The notes: generated from the letters alone by a model not told the origin. 64,000 bases of DNA from Octopus vulgaris (GCA_951406725.2 OX597829.1:28892001-28956000), one strand, 5' to 3'. Positions 26,112 to 41,654 are shown, counted from the first letter of the stretch. Translations and numbers: made by a program.

Positions 26112-26347
26112 TAAAAAGCACCATCCATCCGAGGCTGTTTGCCAGCTCTGTCTGGCACCTGTGCGGGTGGCACGTAAAAAGCACCCACTACACTCACGGA
26201 GTGGTTGGCGTTAGGAAGGGCATCCAGCCGTAGAAACACTGCCAGATCTGACTGGGCCTGATGCAGCCTTCTGGCTTCACAGACCCCAGTTGAACCGTCC
26301 AACCCATGCTAGCATGGAAAGCGGACGCTAAATGATGATGATGATGA

Positions 26348-26350
<3 letters not shown>
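26112..26350 (+). mobile_element. SINE family D
   Basis: gagtggttggcgttaggaagggcatccagc..catggaaagcggacg..(gat)n. Confidence 0.85.
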
Positions 26351-26396
<46 letters not shown>

Positions 26397-26418
26397 CATA
26401 CATATGTATATATTTTTC

Positions 26419-26464
<46 letters not shown>

Positions 26465-27675
26465 GAACATATGTGTGTGTGAACGTGTATATATATATAA
26501 GTATACACATGAGCACATATATTTTATACACAAATGTTTATTTCCTTAAGTATTTATGTGTATGTATACATATACAAAGTGAGATACTAGATGGAAAGAT
26601 TGATAAAAAGATAGATAGATGGATAATTAAATGGCAGCTGGATAAATAGATGGATGTATGTGTGCATGTGTGTGTGTGTCTATGCACTCATATGTGCATG
26701 CGTGTGCTTTGTGGCTGTGTGTGTGTTTGTGGTTGTGTGTGCATTTGTGGTTGTGTGTGCATTTGTGAGTGTGTGTGTGTGTGAAGAATGAGAGAGAGAG
26801 GGGAGATGGGGAGAGAGAGAGGGGAAGAGGGGTAGATAGAGGTAGAGGGAGAGAGGGAGAGAGGGAGAGAGAGAGAGAGGGAGAGAGAGGGAGAGAGACA
26901 CAGACAGACAGGTAGACAGACAGACAAACAGCCAGACAGAGGGATAGAGAGATAAGAGGAAAAGAGAGTGGGAAAGTAATTAGGGATCATCAGAAAGATA
27001 TTGTATGTTAAACCAATATCCTGCTATAGGAATTTCATTCAGTCCCAGAACACAACCCACTTTGCTATTGTCAATCTTGCACCAAAAAGTTTTAATTCAA
27101 CTTTCCTCTCTGTTACGTTTGAAAAAGAGAAAACTTACGGAAACAAGTTTCAAATCAGGATTAAAAGATTAACTGATTAAAATTAAGATTACACAGCTTA
27201 GAGAATGAGATTAAGATTCGTACCAAATGTGGGCTTCTTTTTAGGAAGTGTATACCAATCTTTATTAATTTAACAAAATATAAAGCTGCTTGCTAAAAAT
27301 AACAGCCATATTGCGTGCATATCACACTCTGCTGTCTCAAAAAAAAAAAATGGGACAGACTGATTGGATAATGTAACCCCTAATATACACAATGCCTGGG
27401 AAAATAGATAGAATGGTTACAGACGAAGCCAAGAGTGCTTTGATGGGTTTTAGAAACCCCTGCACCTCCCTACCCTGTTTCAGTTCCTGTGAGATTAGAT
27501 ATTATTTTAATTTTGTGCCTTTTCCCAATTAGATGTGGGCTAGCCAAGGATCCATTTTAATAATTGAGAGGTACCCCTTGGTTGAAATCCTGGTCACACC
27601 CATGATGGTCACAGCTGGAGCATCTTTGATCATGACTTCACTAAATATTTGTATGTATGTGTATATTTGTGTGTG

Positions 27676-27725
<50 letters not shown>

Positions 27726-27842
27726 CATATATGGAAAAATATAGATATGTATATTTGTATGTATATGCATATATATATATATGTATATAGATAGATAGAT
27801 ATACAAACACACACACACTCACACATATATAATACATACAAT

Positions 27843-27876
<34 letters not shown>

Positions 27877-28469
27877 ACACACATGCACATACAACTATAT
27901 ATATGCACTCACACACTTTTTTCTATTCATGTGTGTGTGTGTGTGTGTGTTATTAAGCTTCTTTTTCTCTTTATTCACACCCACCACATCCAGCTTTTGA
28001 TGTTCTATTTCATGTTCAATTTCATCCCACACTAACTTTACCTTGTTCTCCATCATCAACATCATCATCATCATCATTATTATTTATAGAATCTACAAAA
28101 AGCCTAGAGAAATTCAACTACCCAATGTTTCCTGCTGAAGCATCAATTTAATTTCACAATTTATCAAACTGTAAAAGCAACAAGATGATTTAGTAACTGC
28201 ATTCAATGTAATAAAGGTTTGAATGAGCACACACACACACCTAGCAAAAGGCAGAGTGCAATCAAGGGAAGATAATCAACTGCATTTCATAAACCAACAC
28301 TGGAATGGATTATGGGGTCCAGTGATTTATCCTTAATTCCTAAGATGTATTTTGTAAAATGCAGACATGGAGTTAACATCTTGCTCCTGGTATTTATACA
28401 GTTCCTGAATGTTCTTAAGTTTTTTAAAAGATATAATTTTTTAAGTAAGGGTATGGAACATCTTTTTGG

Positions 28470-28706
28470 TTCTTATTTCTTTGCTGCCCACAAGGGGCTA
28501 CACACGGAGGGAACAAACAAGGACAGACAAACAGATTAAGTCGATTATATCGACCCCAGTGTGTAACTGGTACCTATTTAATTGACCCTGAAAGGATGAA
28601 AGGCAAAGTCAACTTCAGCAGAATTTGAACTCAGAAGATAAGGACAGACGAAATACTGCTAAGCATTTCGCCCAGCGTGCTAATGATTCTGCCAGCTCAC
28701 CGCCTT
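28470..28706 (-). mobile_element. SINE family C (Nin-domain-like), near full length
   Basis: Minus strand: tRNA-like head ggcggtgagctggcagaatc..gagttcaaattc, then actttgcctttcatcctttcagggtcaattaaataggtaccagtt. Confidence 0.8.
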
Positions 28707-28888
28707 CTTTTTGATTCTTTGGTCTTAGAAAGGATCTTCCATGTAATGTGGTAGTTGATGTTGTCATCCTTAAGTCTCCGGGGTTAAGGCCAAGAGGTTT
28801 GTTGCATGTTTCTTATCAGGATGTCTTGAGTTATAAAGATGATTGTTGTATCTAGACTTTAATTTTTATCTCCACCAATCCTATATAA

Positions 28889-29246
28889 CAGTGATTCCCA
28901 ATGTGGGACCTGAAAAAATTGTGGTAGGGGGTAGGACCCCAATTTTGTGTCCTTTTTTTAGTGGGACATGGAATTGTGTAATTCTTTTTCTCACAGCCAA
29001 CATACTACACCTATACTACACATATACTAGCCAAAGCAATCCCTCCAACCAAGAATATTGCATGAAGGCTGTTTGCTACAGTATAGCATCCTTTTAATGC
29101 TGTTGTGTGGATATTTCTTTAAGGAAAGTATATAATTATGAAATATTAAAATTGAAGTTGTTTTTTTCCAACCACTGTTGGGGCATACATTTTCCTGGAA
29201 AGTTATTGTGGAAAAATTTGGGGTGGAAATAGGTTTAGAAACACTG
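28889..29246. mobile_element. hAT (Charlie-like) MITE
   Basis: TIRs CAGTGATTCCCAA / TTTAGAAACACTG; 8-bp TSD ctatataa / ctatgtaa. Confidence 0.7.
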
Positions 29247-29429
29247 CTATGTAATGTTTGGTCTCTGGTTGGTGTCATAGTTTGTCAATACCTATGCCTC
29301 ATAAACAACAGGAGATATATCTCATCCTTGCCCTAGAGAGCATTTAGATTTATCTCTGCTTATGCATCTGGGACTGGACTGAGTCAGCAGTTGCTTATTG
29401 ATACAGGTACTTACATTAGGAGAACAGGA

Positions 29430-30048
29430 TTACATAACTCTAATTGCGTGCCTATTAAATATCTTACTATACCTATGGTTGCTGGAAATGTGATTATCTA
29501 ATAAGACTAAAAATCTTCTACCTATATTTCTCTTAACATTTAGGGAGAAAGGCGGGGCAAACCATAAAACATTGTAGGACCTATTCTTACTACTAGTTGT
29601 TTGAGATTTTATCAACAAAGCCATTATCCTATAAAGGCTTATTAAAATATTGGATGCTTTTTGAAATGTTTCTCTAAATGAAAAATTTTATGGCTAATAT
29701 TAGGAGTTAAATTTTTCAAATATAATAGATGGGGAGAAGAGTGCTTATTAATATATTTTAGATTTTCATTGGGCTTATGGAAAGGTTTATATGAATTAGT
29801 CTTGAGGTTTAAGGATATGTATAAAAAATGGTGTTGTGATAGTTAGGTTAGAGTCAACAGAAATTTTAAGTTCCAAAGAGCTGAAGGTGAAAATCACCTG
29901 TTTTCTGAAGGAATCCATAGCATGGCCATCAAAATTGTATGACACTGTCAAAGCATCGTCCTTGTATATACCAATACCATGGTTTGGGATTTAAAAATTT
30001 AAATGGTTTAATATCTATAAACCAATCAAATCGCATACATTCAATCTG
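29430..30048 (-). mobile_element. Penelope-like (Neptune-type) RT relic
   Basis: Minus strand VCDLIG..GIYKDDAL (YxDD at 29966-29955) and LWFAPPFSLNVKRNIGRRFLVLLDNH..YSKIFNR. Confidence 0.85.
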
Positions 30049-30084
30049 TTATGCTAACTTTTTTTCCTTCTTTTCTTCTTCATT

Positions 30085-30670
30085 GGGCTTCGGGTTGACC
30101 AAAGCCTTGTGAGTGGATTTGGTAGATGGAAGCCTGTCATATATATATATATATGCATGTATGTATGTATATATTTGTGTGTGTGTCTGTTTGTTCCCCC
30201 ACCATCGCTTGGCAACCAATGCACACTCTATTCCTTTATTTGTTTCAGTCATTTGACTGCGACCATGCTAGAGCACCACATTTAGTTGAACAAATCAACC
30301 CCAAAATTTATTCTTTGTAAGCTGAGTACTTACTCTGTCGGTCTCTTTTTCTGAACTGCTAAGTTATGAGGACATAAACACACCAACATCGGTTGTCAAG
30401 CAATGGTGGGGGAACAAACAGGAATACAAGCATATACATATATACATACATATATATATATATATATGTGTGTGTGTGTATGTATATATATATATATATA
30501 TAAAAACGACAGGCTTCTTTCAGTTTCCATCTACCAAATCCACTCACAAGGCTTTGGTCAACCTGAAGGTACAGTAGAAGACATTTGCCCAAGGTACCAT
30601 GCAGTGGGACTGAACTCGGAACCATGTGGTTGGTTAGCAAACTACTTACCACACGTCCATTCCTATGCTT
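30085..30670. mobile_element. Two family A SINEs in inverted orientation (partial + copy 30085-30222, full - copy ~30226-30670)
   Basis: Both carry ccaaagccttgtgagtggatttggtaga, in opposite orientations. Confidence 0.85.
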
Positions 30671-30987
30671 GTATATGTATATATTTTTATTAATATTTAG
30701 CAGAAGCAACAGAGTGACTCAAGGTCCAAGAGATTTGTGCTGTTGAGAAAGAAAATTTTAACATTGAAAGGAGATAGTGAGATTAGATCTGAGGATGCTG
30801 GTCTTCTTGAAGAAGATGACAGATCTCGGACCAATGTGCAGTGATAAAAATAAAAATAACAAAAAAAAAACTAATAATAAAAAGACATTTAACATGTCCA
30901 CCTCATACTATCATGTTAAAAAATAGATGCTAAAATTACTATAATTACAATGTTGATTATGATGGCGGCGGTGGTGGTGGTGGTGGG

Positions 30988-31021
<34 letters not shown>

Positions 31022-31262
31022 GTTGTTATTGTTGTTGTTGTTGGTGGTGGTGGTGCTGGTGCTGGTAGCAGTGGTGGTGGTGGGGTGATGGTGGTATTTA
31101 TGGTAGTGTTGGTTGTGGTAGTGTTTGTGGTCGTGGTAAGGATGGTGAGAGTGGAGGTGGGGAGACCACAATAGCAGAGTCAGAAAAATGAAGTCACAAA
31201 AAAGACAAAAAAATAAATAAACAAAAAGAAGTTCTCACATATTTATAGAAAGTAAACGGTTT

Positions 31263-31294
<32 letters not shown>

Positions 31295-31559
31295 AAAGTA
31301 AAGGGTTATATAGATATAGATATATAAATATATATGTGTGTGTGTGTGTGTGTGTGTATGTATATGGTGTGTGTGTATGTATATGGTGTGCGTGTGTACA
31401 ATAACAGATGTTCTAAGCTGTCTCTAAAGTAATAATAATGTTGGTGTCGGTGTTGTTATTGTTTAGTTCTAGGTTAACCCAGATTATATTATTGAGTAGA
31501 CTTATACTCAAAGATGTTCCAGCCGTGGCTATTCTAACTTTTTGGCTTTATATATATAT

Positions 31560-31900
31560 GTGTGGTAAGTAGCTTGCTTATGAACCACATGGTTCTGGGT
31601 TCAGTCCCACTTCTACAATAGCCTCGGGCTGTCCAAAGCCTTGTGAGTGGATTTCGTAGACAGAAACTAAATGAAACTCATCATATATACGTATGTATGT
31701 GTGTCTGTGTTTGTCCCCCCAACATTGCTTGACAACCGATGCTGGTGTGTTTATGTCCCTGTAACTTTGTGGTTCAGCAAAAGAGACCAATAGAATAAGT
31801 ACTAGGCTTACAAAAGAATAAGTCCTGGAGTCGATTTGCTTGACTAAAGACAGTGCTCCAGCATGGCAACAGTCACATGACTGAAACAAGTAAAAGAGTA
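31560..31900 (+). mobile_element. SINE family A
   Basis: Family consensus visible, with a small internal deletion. Confidence 0.85.
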
Positions 31901-32195
31901 AAAAAAAGTATATATACATATACATATATATATATATATTCATGAGAGCATACATTTGTGTCTCCTTGTCTAGACATCACAGTATAATTGTAAATGAGTG
32001 TCACTATCAAGTAAGTGCATCTGTTCATTTCCAGTCTTCCTTGAAAAAAAGGAAAATGTTACCTTACCTAAGAGTGGCAAGTTGGCAGAATTGTTAGCAT
32101 GTGAGGCAAAATGCTTAGCAACATTTCGTCTATCTTTATGTCCTGAGTTCAAATTCTACCGAGGTCAACTTTGACTTCCATACTTTTGGGGTGGG

Positions 32196-32538
32196 ATTCT
32201 GCTGAGACTCCCCTTTGGTCATGACTGACCATGGGATTGTATCTAGAAAGTTACCTTCCCAGGCACAAGTCAAGGCAAAGTTGTTTATGGAAGACCAGCA
32301 GTCACACATGCATACCACCCTCCCCTCTCCATGCTACCGATATTATCCAAGGGAAAGGCAAAGGCTGATACAGCTTGGCACCTGTGAAGTCACAACTCAT
32401 TTCTACAGCTGAGTGAACTGGAGCAATGTGAAATAAAGTGTCTTGCTCAAGAACACAACACGTAGCCCGGTCCAGGGTTCACACTCACAACCTCATGATC
32501 GTAAGCTCGACGCTCTAACCACTGAGCCATGCGCCTTC
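32196..32538 (-). mobile_element. SINE family B, full length, inserted in a family C copy
   Basis: Family C sequence 32070-32190 resumes at ~32555 (gataaaataagtaccagtt). Confidence 0.8.
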
Positions 32539-33659
32539 ACGGGGTGGGGTGGGGGATTGATAAAATAAGTACCAGTTGTGCACTAGGGTCAACTTCCCCC
32601 TCCCCCGAAATTGCTGGCCTTGTAACAAAGCTTGAAACTAATATCACCTTACCTAGAAACAGGTAAGGGTTGATTACAGGAAAGGCATCTGATTGTAGAA
32701 AATCTGTCTCAAAGAACTCCGTGTAACACCTTGAAAGAATGAAAAAGTGGACATTAAAATAATGATGATGATAATGATGATAATGTTGATGACAATGATA
32801 ATGACAATGATAATGACAATGATAATGATGATGATGATGATGATTATGATGATGATAACATAACGGTGACAACAAAGATGCTGACGAAAGCGATGACATC
32901 ACCACCACTGATGATGACAGTCGTAATGACATCAACGATGATGATGATGAGATGATGACAAATGTCAGTCACAACAATGCTTATAGCAACGACAACAATG
33001 GCAATGACAACAACGATGATGATGATGATGAGAATGAAGATGACGACGATGATGATGAGAATGAAGATGACGACGATGATGATGAGAATGAAGATGACGA
33101 CGATGATGATGATTATGATTATGGAAGATAATAATGATGATAACTACAATGTCAGTGGCAAATATGAATATGATGACAACAATGACAATGATGATGATGA
33201 TGATGATGATGATGATAAGGCAGGCATCTAAATGTGGAAAAAAATAACTGCTAAGAGCAAATAATGATTCTAGTGTATTAATTTGCAGACCTACACAACC
33301 TACATTTGAATGGAAGAAAGAATGTAAAAAAAAAAAAAAAAAAATGGTAATTGTTGAAATAACACATTCATAGGTATGTGTCAATGAGAACAGATATCTT
33401 GTTTGGAGGAATTTTTTTCATTTTATTTTTTTTTCTATTTACTTATTTATTTATTTATTTAGTTATATTTTTTTTTTCGTCATTCAGACTAAGTTATATT
33501 TGTGCTCTACACCAGTTCCTTTTCAGAAAGTGTCTTCATGTCCTAATGGATGCTCGTTAAATGTCAGTAATTACATAATTAATCTTTATTCAGCGCAAGA
33601 TCTTGCAATTATCAAATGATATTTCAAACATAATTTATTAATGAATTTTGTATTTATAA

Positions 33660-34185
33660 CCACCACCGCCACCATCACCACCACCACCACCACCACCACC
33701 ACCACCACCACCACCGCTGCCACAACCGCCACTGCCACTGCCACCACCACCATCACCACCACCACCACCACCACCACCACCACCACCATCACCACCACCA
33801 CCACCACTCCCACCATCTCTACCACTGCCAAAACCACCACCACCACCACCACCATCGCCACCAATACTGCCATCACCAATTACCACCAATGCTTTCAACA
33901 CTAACAACCCCAATACAACTGTTAACATTACTATAACCATTTCAACTACCACCTCCACAACTGCCATCATCATCACCACCACCACCACAGTCATTACTAT
34001 TACCTCTACCACTACCACTACTACTACTGCTGCTGCTGCTACTGCTGACACCAACAACACCAACAACACCGCCAATAGCTCCAACAAAAGCAACACCATT
34101 AGCAAACTCAAACTCCACCACCACTGCCACCGCCACAAACACCCATCGCTGACAATACTTCCATCACGGTCACCATCATTATCAT
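33660..34185. repeat. (CAC)n-rich microsatellite
   Basis: Direct inspection. Confidence 0.9.
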
Positions 34186-34752
34186 TGTGATTATTATTAA
34201 TGTCATCATTAATATAAAATTGTATGTGTTAATACATGTGTGTGTGTGTGCATGTACGTGTGTGTGTGTGTGCATGTACGTGTGTGTGTGTGTGTGTGCA
34301 TGTACGTGTGTGTGTGTGTGTGTGTGTGCACTTCAACATGCTTTAGAGTGTACGAGTGTGTGTGAGTGACTGTATGTGGGGTTTGGGTATGTGTGCAAAT
34401 TGTGTACGTGGGTGTTCATATAAGTATATACATGTATATATATGTATATAGGTACATAGGATATATATACTATGTATCTATATATATACTATGTATCTAT
34501 ATATATATATCTATCGCTTTCTCCATCTATCTCTCTTCCCCCCTCTCTCTCTGTATATATATATATATATATATATATAAAACCTATATACACACACAAA
34601 CATATATATATAAACCTATACACACACAATCACACACACATATATATCTGTTTGTATGTATGCATATATATGGTGTGTGTGTACACATGTATATGTATAT
34701 TTAAATATGTGTGCACATACTCACACAATATATACATATATATGCGTCTATG

Positions 34753-34906
<154 letters not shown>

Positions 34907-35343
34907 CATACATAAAGAGAGTAGGAGAAAGAAAAAAAACAGAAAGAGTGAGAGTTTTATAGGAGCTGAAAATATTTCACAAACCGCTTCTCCATGTTTC
35001 TTGGAGTAGTACAATCCAAAGGTTTTTTTCTTTTTTTAATGTTGTAGTGAAAAATTGTCACATATGCAAGTAAACATTTAAAGTTGATTTGGAAAACGGT
35101 GCTCACAATTTCAAAATGGGGGACTGTTAGAAGAAAATTGGTTGTGTAAAACTCAGAGTACTAGCTTGTAAAGTACTCTAGCTTCAATAAAACCTAATAT
35201 TTATCTTTTACATCACTTTTGTATAGATTTATGCGTTTACATATACATACTTATGTACATAAACATATACTTACACACACACACTCATGCACACATATTT
35301 TCATATCACTCTGTTTCTCTGTTTCCCTCTCTCTCTCTTTCTT

Positions 35344-35384
<41 letters not shown>

Positions 35385-35386
<2 letters not shown>

Positions 35387-35667
35387 GGAGATGTACTTGC
35401 ATAGCAAGTGACCTGTTCTGAGATTGTGTGCTGGAATGAAAACAATTGCAGTGTGGAAGGTGTTTATAAGCCATTTAAGAAACACTCAAAAACCGTTAGA
35501 TTCACTTCAACATTTAAATTTAATGCAGCACGGAATTTTGTCAGTGAACAGGTCGCAGTCTCAAAGCGATGAAAATATTTTGGCAAATTAAATTTAAACG
35601 TTGAAGTGAATCTAACGACTTTTGTGTGTTTCTTAAATGGCTTATAAACACCTTCCATGCTGCAATT

Positions 35668-35671
<4 letters not shown>
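35385..35671. mobile_element. Foldback element family F, copy 2
   Basis: Arms 35440-35524 and 35587-35671; the spacer holds a hammerhead-like fold (35537-35587); (TA)n on both sides. Confidence 0.85.
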
Positions 35672-35706
<35 letters not shown>

Positions 35707-35713
35707 TATATTT

Positions 35714-35774
<61 letters not shown>

Positions 35775-36019
35775 GTGAGGGGAGGGCACATGACCTAGTG
35801 GTTAGGTTGTTGTTCTTGATCAAAACACTTCATCTTACATTGTTTTGCGATCACTTGACATGTGGCACACAGTGAGCTAATGTGTGGCATAAGCATTTGG
35901 TTCGTTATAAAAATCATTTGTGCTGGTCATTTGTGCAAAAGCTGAACACTCATTTGTTGTCTTTGCAAATTGAGCTTCTTAATCACACAACCATGCCTGC
36001 ACTGTGTGTGTGTGTCTGT

Positions 36020-36103
<84 letters not shown>

Positions 36104-36959
36104 ATGCATAAAAGCATCAACTTAGCTTTCAGTTATAAGCAGCCTAGTAGCAGCATGTCATAATGCTTTTGCTTAATTAGTTTGCACTTATGTTCTTCTT
36201 GTATGATATTGTTGTCCTACCTACAAACACTGGCTTTCGTTTGTAGTCCTCTATGTAAAACATGTCCAGCCATTATGGTATTCATGTTTGAAGGGCTACT
36301 GGGAAATACTAGCTTCCCTGGAAAGAAGCGAGGATTAGCAACATGAAGGGGCATCTGGCTATAGAAAGACCTGCCACACTATATTTGGTCTGAGCTATGC
36401 AAATATGGAAAAGCACATGTTCAGATGATGAAAATGATGATAATATAGGACTATTGCAATGTGCTGGTATTAAATATAAAAAATGTGGCTATGAATGTTT
36501 AATGAATTTGCAAATACTAATTAGCTTTGAATTCATAAATGCCCTAATTATGTGGATGGTGCTGTGTGATAATAATACTGGAAATAATTGACAGAATCGT
36601 TAGAGCATTGGAAGAAATGTAGTATTTCTTCTGGTTCTTTATGTTCTGAGTTCAATTCCTGCTGGGTCAACTTTACTTTACATCTTCTTAGTAGAGTGGG
36701 TGAGTGAATGAGTGGAAGTCAATAGGATATAGTACTGATTAAGTATGGAGGCCAGTAGCATTGACTAATCTCCTCTCCTGGCTTGGTCTTGTGTCTAAAC
36801 TAAAGACCATGTGCTTTTTTGTTTATTTCTTTTAGATCTTCATGGTCTGAATCCTACTCAGGTCAACTTTGATCTTCGTCCCTCTAGGGTAGATAAAATA
36901 AAGTAGCAGTCAAAATACTGAGAGACTGATGGTATTGACTAACCCTTTCCCATGTGATG

Positions 36960-37522
<563 letters not shown>

Positions 37523-38404
37523 ATGAGAAGTTGCTACCATGTCAGTTTATTTGAATCATTCTTGCCAAGATTCAGCTTACAGCATCACAAGCTGATGCAA
37601 CAATACTACCACCACTGCTGCTGCCACCACCACTACAACCACACCACAACTACAATTACTTACAGCACCACCACTACCATAGAAATAACAGCCAAACCTA
37701 CCTCAAACCACACTTATACACATGCCCAACCATCTTAAAACGCAAGAATTGTGCAATGTGGTCATGAGTTTTCTAAATAAAGAAAGTAAAAGATGGAATA
37801 GTCATGCCTGGAATGTCTTTGAGCATAAATCCACTTAAACAGAGAATGACCTGGATTTAACAACAACCTCATTTTACTTTTATAAAATGAATAACCATAA
37901 TGATTGTTTCAATAGTATGCTCCAATATGGCCACAGTTCTGATGTGTTGATACCAGTGAAAAAAAAAACTATACTAAATTGGTCATTAGTTCAAACCTCA
38001 CCAATAATTGTCATTGCATTGTGTTCCCCCTTCATGGAGGTCCTTCAAACTCCATAGTTTGTACAGCTGACCATACAATAAAAAACAAATGGAAAGAAAG
38101 GAAAGAAAAAAGGGGCAGGTTTATCCCTTACTTTACAGTCCAGTGATTAATGGTAGGGGACTCAGAAACAAAGTGACCAACAGACAGAAAGAGATGCAGC
38201 TGTAAAAACAACTCAGCACCCACCCACACACACAAAACTCTATGAGGTCTGCTTGACCTTTAACCTGCTAGAAATAGAAATCATACCCTAGTGTAGTCCT
38301 TCTCAACTGAGGCCCACATGGCCCTTGGGAGTTCATATAAGGTTTTTTGTTCAAAATTTATGTGCAATAAAATTGGTTATGCTTCTATAATACACAAAAT
38401 ATCT

Positions 38405-38830
38405 TCTTTTACCTTTTCTGTTACTTGTTTCAGTCACTGGGGCATTGCCTTGAATTTTTAGTTGAATGAATCAACCACAGAACTTGTTTTTTAAGTCAGA
38501 TACTTATTCTATCAGTCTCTTTTACCAAATAGCCAAGTTATGGGGATGCAAACACACCAACACCGGTTGTCAAGCGGTCATAGGAGACAAACACAGACAT
38601 AAACACTTAGATATATATACATATACATATACATATATATATAATATACATATATACATACATATATATACATTGGGCTTCTTTCAGTTTCTGTCTACCA
38701 AATCCACTCACAAGGCTTTAGTTGGACTAGGGCTAAAGTAGAAGACACTTGCTCAAGGTGCCACACAGTGGGACTGAACCCTGGACTATGTGACTGGAAA
38801 GCAAGTTTCTTATCACACAGCCATGCCTGC
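38405..38830 (-). mobile_element. SINE family A (diverged)
   Basis: Family consensus on the minus strand. Confidence 0.8.
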
Positions 38831-39104
38831 CACTGGTATCTCAACAATTTTTTAATGCAATTCCTAAGTGATATTTAATTATAAAAATACAGTAGGAATT
38901 TATATATATATATATATACATCATATGGTTATCGAAGTCCAGTACAGCAAAGTAAAGATCAAAGGGGTCAAAAGGAAAAAGATGGCATACTTTTACTTAG
39001 CTTGACATGTCTTTTCAAGTAAAGCAAACTGCCAGGAGTCTCAGACCTCTGTCATCCCCTCTGTGAGTCCCAACATCTGTAAATCCTTTCTGAAAAACAG
39101 AATC

Positions 39105-39197
39105 TTTATGGAATTGGTTGATCATAAAGGTGATCTTAAGGAAGAGACTGAAAATTTGTTGATAGGCACTCAGGATCAAGCACTAAACACAAACTCT
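39105..39197 (+). mobile_element. Tiny R4-clade RT C-terminal fragment
   Basis: GDLKEETENLLIGTQDQALNTN matches the ETEGLIxAAQDQALxT motif of R4/Dong proteins. Confidence 0.55.
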
Positions 39198-41654
39198 AGC
39201 ATGGGAAAGTGGATATTACAAGAAGAAAAACAATAAAGTCGTGATTTCTGAGAGTTTTGACTGCTCTTTCAAGCAAGCAAACCAATCATGTATATACTTG
39301 GATGTCTTTCATAAGTTTTTTCTGTGCTTCTTTGGGAAAAATAAATTTTTTTTTAAAAATGAAAAAATAAAAAAAAGGACACAAGTACTCAGATAGCAAA
39401 GTTTTGCTGCAAGAATACATGCCAAATTGTCCAAGTGTCCTAACCTATCTCTAATAACATGCCAACAGAAAAATGTATGAATGCTGTGTGTGGAGCTAAT
39501 GCCATAAAGATTATCATTTATGAAACCCTTTATAATTGGCTTTTATAGATTCCCATGAAGCATTCTAGTCATCATTATTCTAAATAGTTTGTTTAGATTC
39601 CTGCATGATACTTGTTTGATAGTCGTTATGAAATTTGGACATGTCATTAAATAGGTACACTTAGGTGTTTAATGTTTGTTATTTAAGTGTGTATGTATGT
39701 ACTTGTATGTATGTGTGTATGAGTGTATGTATGTATGTATGTATGTATGTATGTATGTATGTATGTATGTATGTATGTATGTATGTATGTATGTATGTGT
39801 ACACCCACAGATACTATGGACTACACTGTAATCATCCCAGGAATACGGACTGTGATCTTAAGAGTCATGTGATTTTGGGAATCATGCATAGTGATGCACT
39901 AAATGTTTATAAATTCCATCCAAGGATTGTTGTTGTTATCATTATTATCATTATATAATATAGGGAAAGGAAGATTCTTATGAGACAACAGGCAAAGATT
40001 GCAAATCACCTGAGCAAGCACCCCAAAAAGTGGTGAGAAGTCTTGCCTGGAGAGAGCATTATTGGAGACTGAGAAAAGCCTGCATCAGTCTCAGGCAAAG
40101 GAGAGAGTTGATAAAGAAGCTTGGGTTATGGAAAATATCAAGCCGAACCCTAAAGTCGAACCACTCCTTAGCTTTGATTAAAGCATGTCTCTAGAACTCA
40201 TTTCAAAACCAGACTGTGTCTGCTCTGATAATTGGTAGTAAATTGGTCAGCAAATCTTCAGTAACATTTGTCAATCACCTCCAAGGTGAGCTGCTATGGA
40301 TCACACTAACCCAAAGTATGTATGCATGTAACTTGGGACCACATGTGAACTTGTATTTCCACTGAAACTCCAAATATGAACTCTACACTTCAACAGTAAA
40401 TTACAACTAGGGATATGGTATCCATGCAATCTGAGGCACTTGTTTTCGAAGCAGAGCATCTGTCAAATTTCGTCAGATGTGATCAGTATTTATAAAGGAC
40501 ATATAAAGGACATGGTGAACTTGCTGATCAGAACCCTAAACCAACCCACCCTGGGTGAATACCAACACAAATACAAGTAGTAACTGATCAGACTCTGATA
40601 AAAACACTCAAGGCTGTAGTGTTTAACAAAATGACAGACTAAATCTACCTCTATGTGCCCAGGGATCTTCAGGAGTATTAGTTTGGTAAGATTTTATCTT
40701 CAAGCAAAAATACCCAGAAGGTAATAACCTTTCTTGTAGAAATCTTTCTCTGGCATTTTCACCATGATATAGATTGCTTTGACGCCTCATCACCACTTAC
40801 ATTATTTTCCTGTGCCACTCCACTCTCTCTTCTAAAATGTGAATAGTTATATCATTTTTGTACAGCAAAAATCTTTTCTGCTCTAGCTCTTTTTCTCATA
40901 CTTTACACCTCTCTACTCCTTATTCACTTAGATTGTACTAGTTCCACCTCCCACTTAAAGTTCATAGTTTTAAAACCAATAATAGTTGCATACACACAGA
41001 CTAAGTTTTCCTCTGGATACATTTGATCAAATTCTTGCTGACCTTCATCAGAATCTTCTTAAATTTGCAGTATCTCATCTGTTGGAAATAATCTGCACCA
41101 TTGTCGTTCCTCTCTTGAAGTCTTAGGTGTAGTGAGCTCCATGGTCGAATAAAATGGAGAAAACATTCTTCAAACTAACTAACACTATTTTGGTATAGTT
41201 TATTCAGATTCTACTGCATCAGGAATTTGGCTTGAGTAAGTAAATTTTTAAAAATGTTAAATGAAATTTCATTATGACATAAATACAAAAAAGTGAGCTA
41301 GCAGAATCATTATGGTTCTAGGCAAAGTGCTCTGTGGTAGTTCTTCAGATACTTTGTATTTTAAGTTCAAATTGTACCAAGTTCAAATTTGCATTTCATC
41401 TCTTCAGGGTCAGTTAAATAAAATGCCAGTAGGGTGGATGGTTCTGACTAAATCCCTCCCCTCAAACATACAGACATTATGCCTAAAGTAGAAACCATTG
41501 ACGAATATTATTTAGAGACTTTGCAATATAAATGTTCCGTTATAGCTTAGAAAGGAATCTTTGATTAAGTCGTGTTCTCAACAACATCTTAACATTGTAA
41601 TATTTGTAGATATTAAAGTTATTATGAGATTTTGGTGTGTAAATATTCCATTAT

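Noticed and set aside
33016-33112. 27-bp unit gatgatgatgagaatgaagatgacgac repeated three times
   Set aside because: Slippage within a (GAT)n microsatellite.
39960-41200. Long complex stretch without microsatellites
   Set aside because: No ORF in the track and no motif recognised; probably an old TE but cannot be supported.
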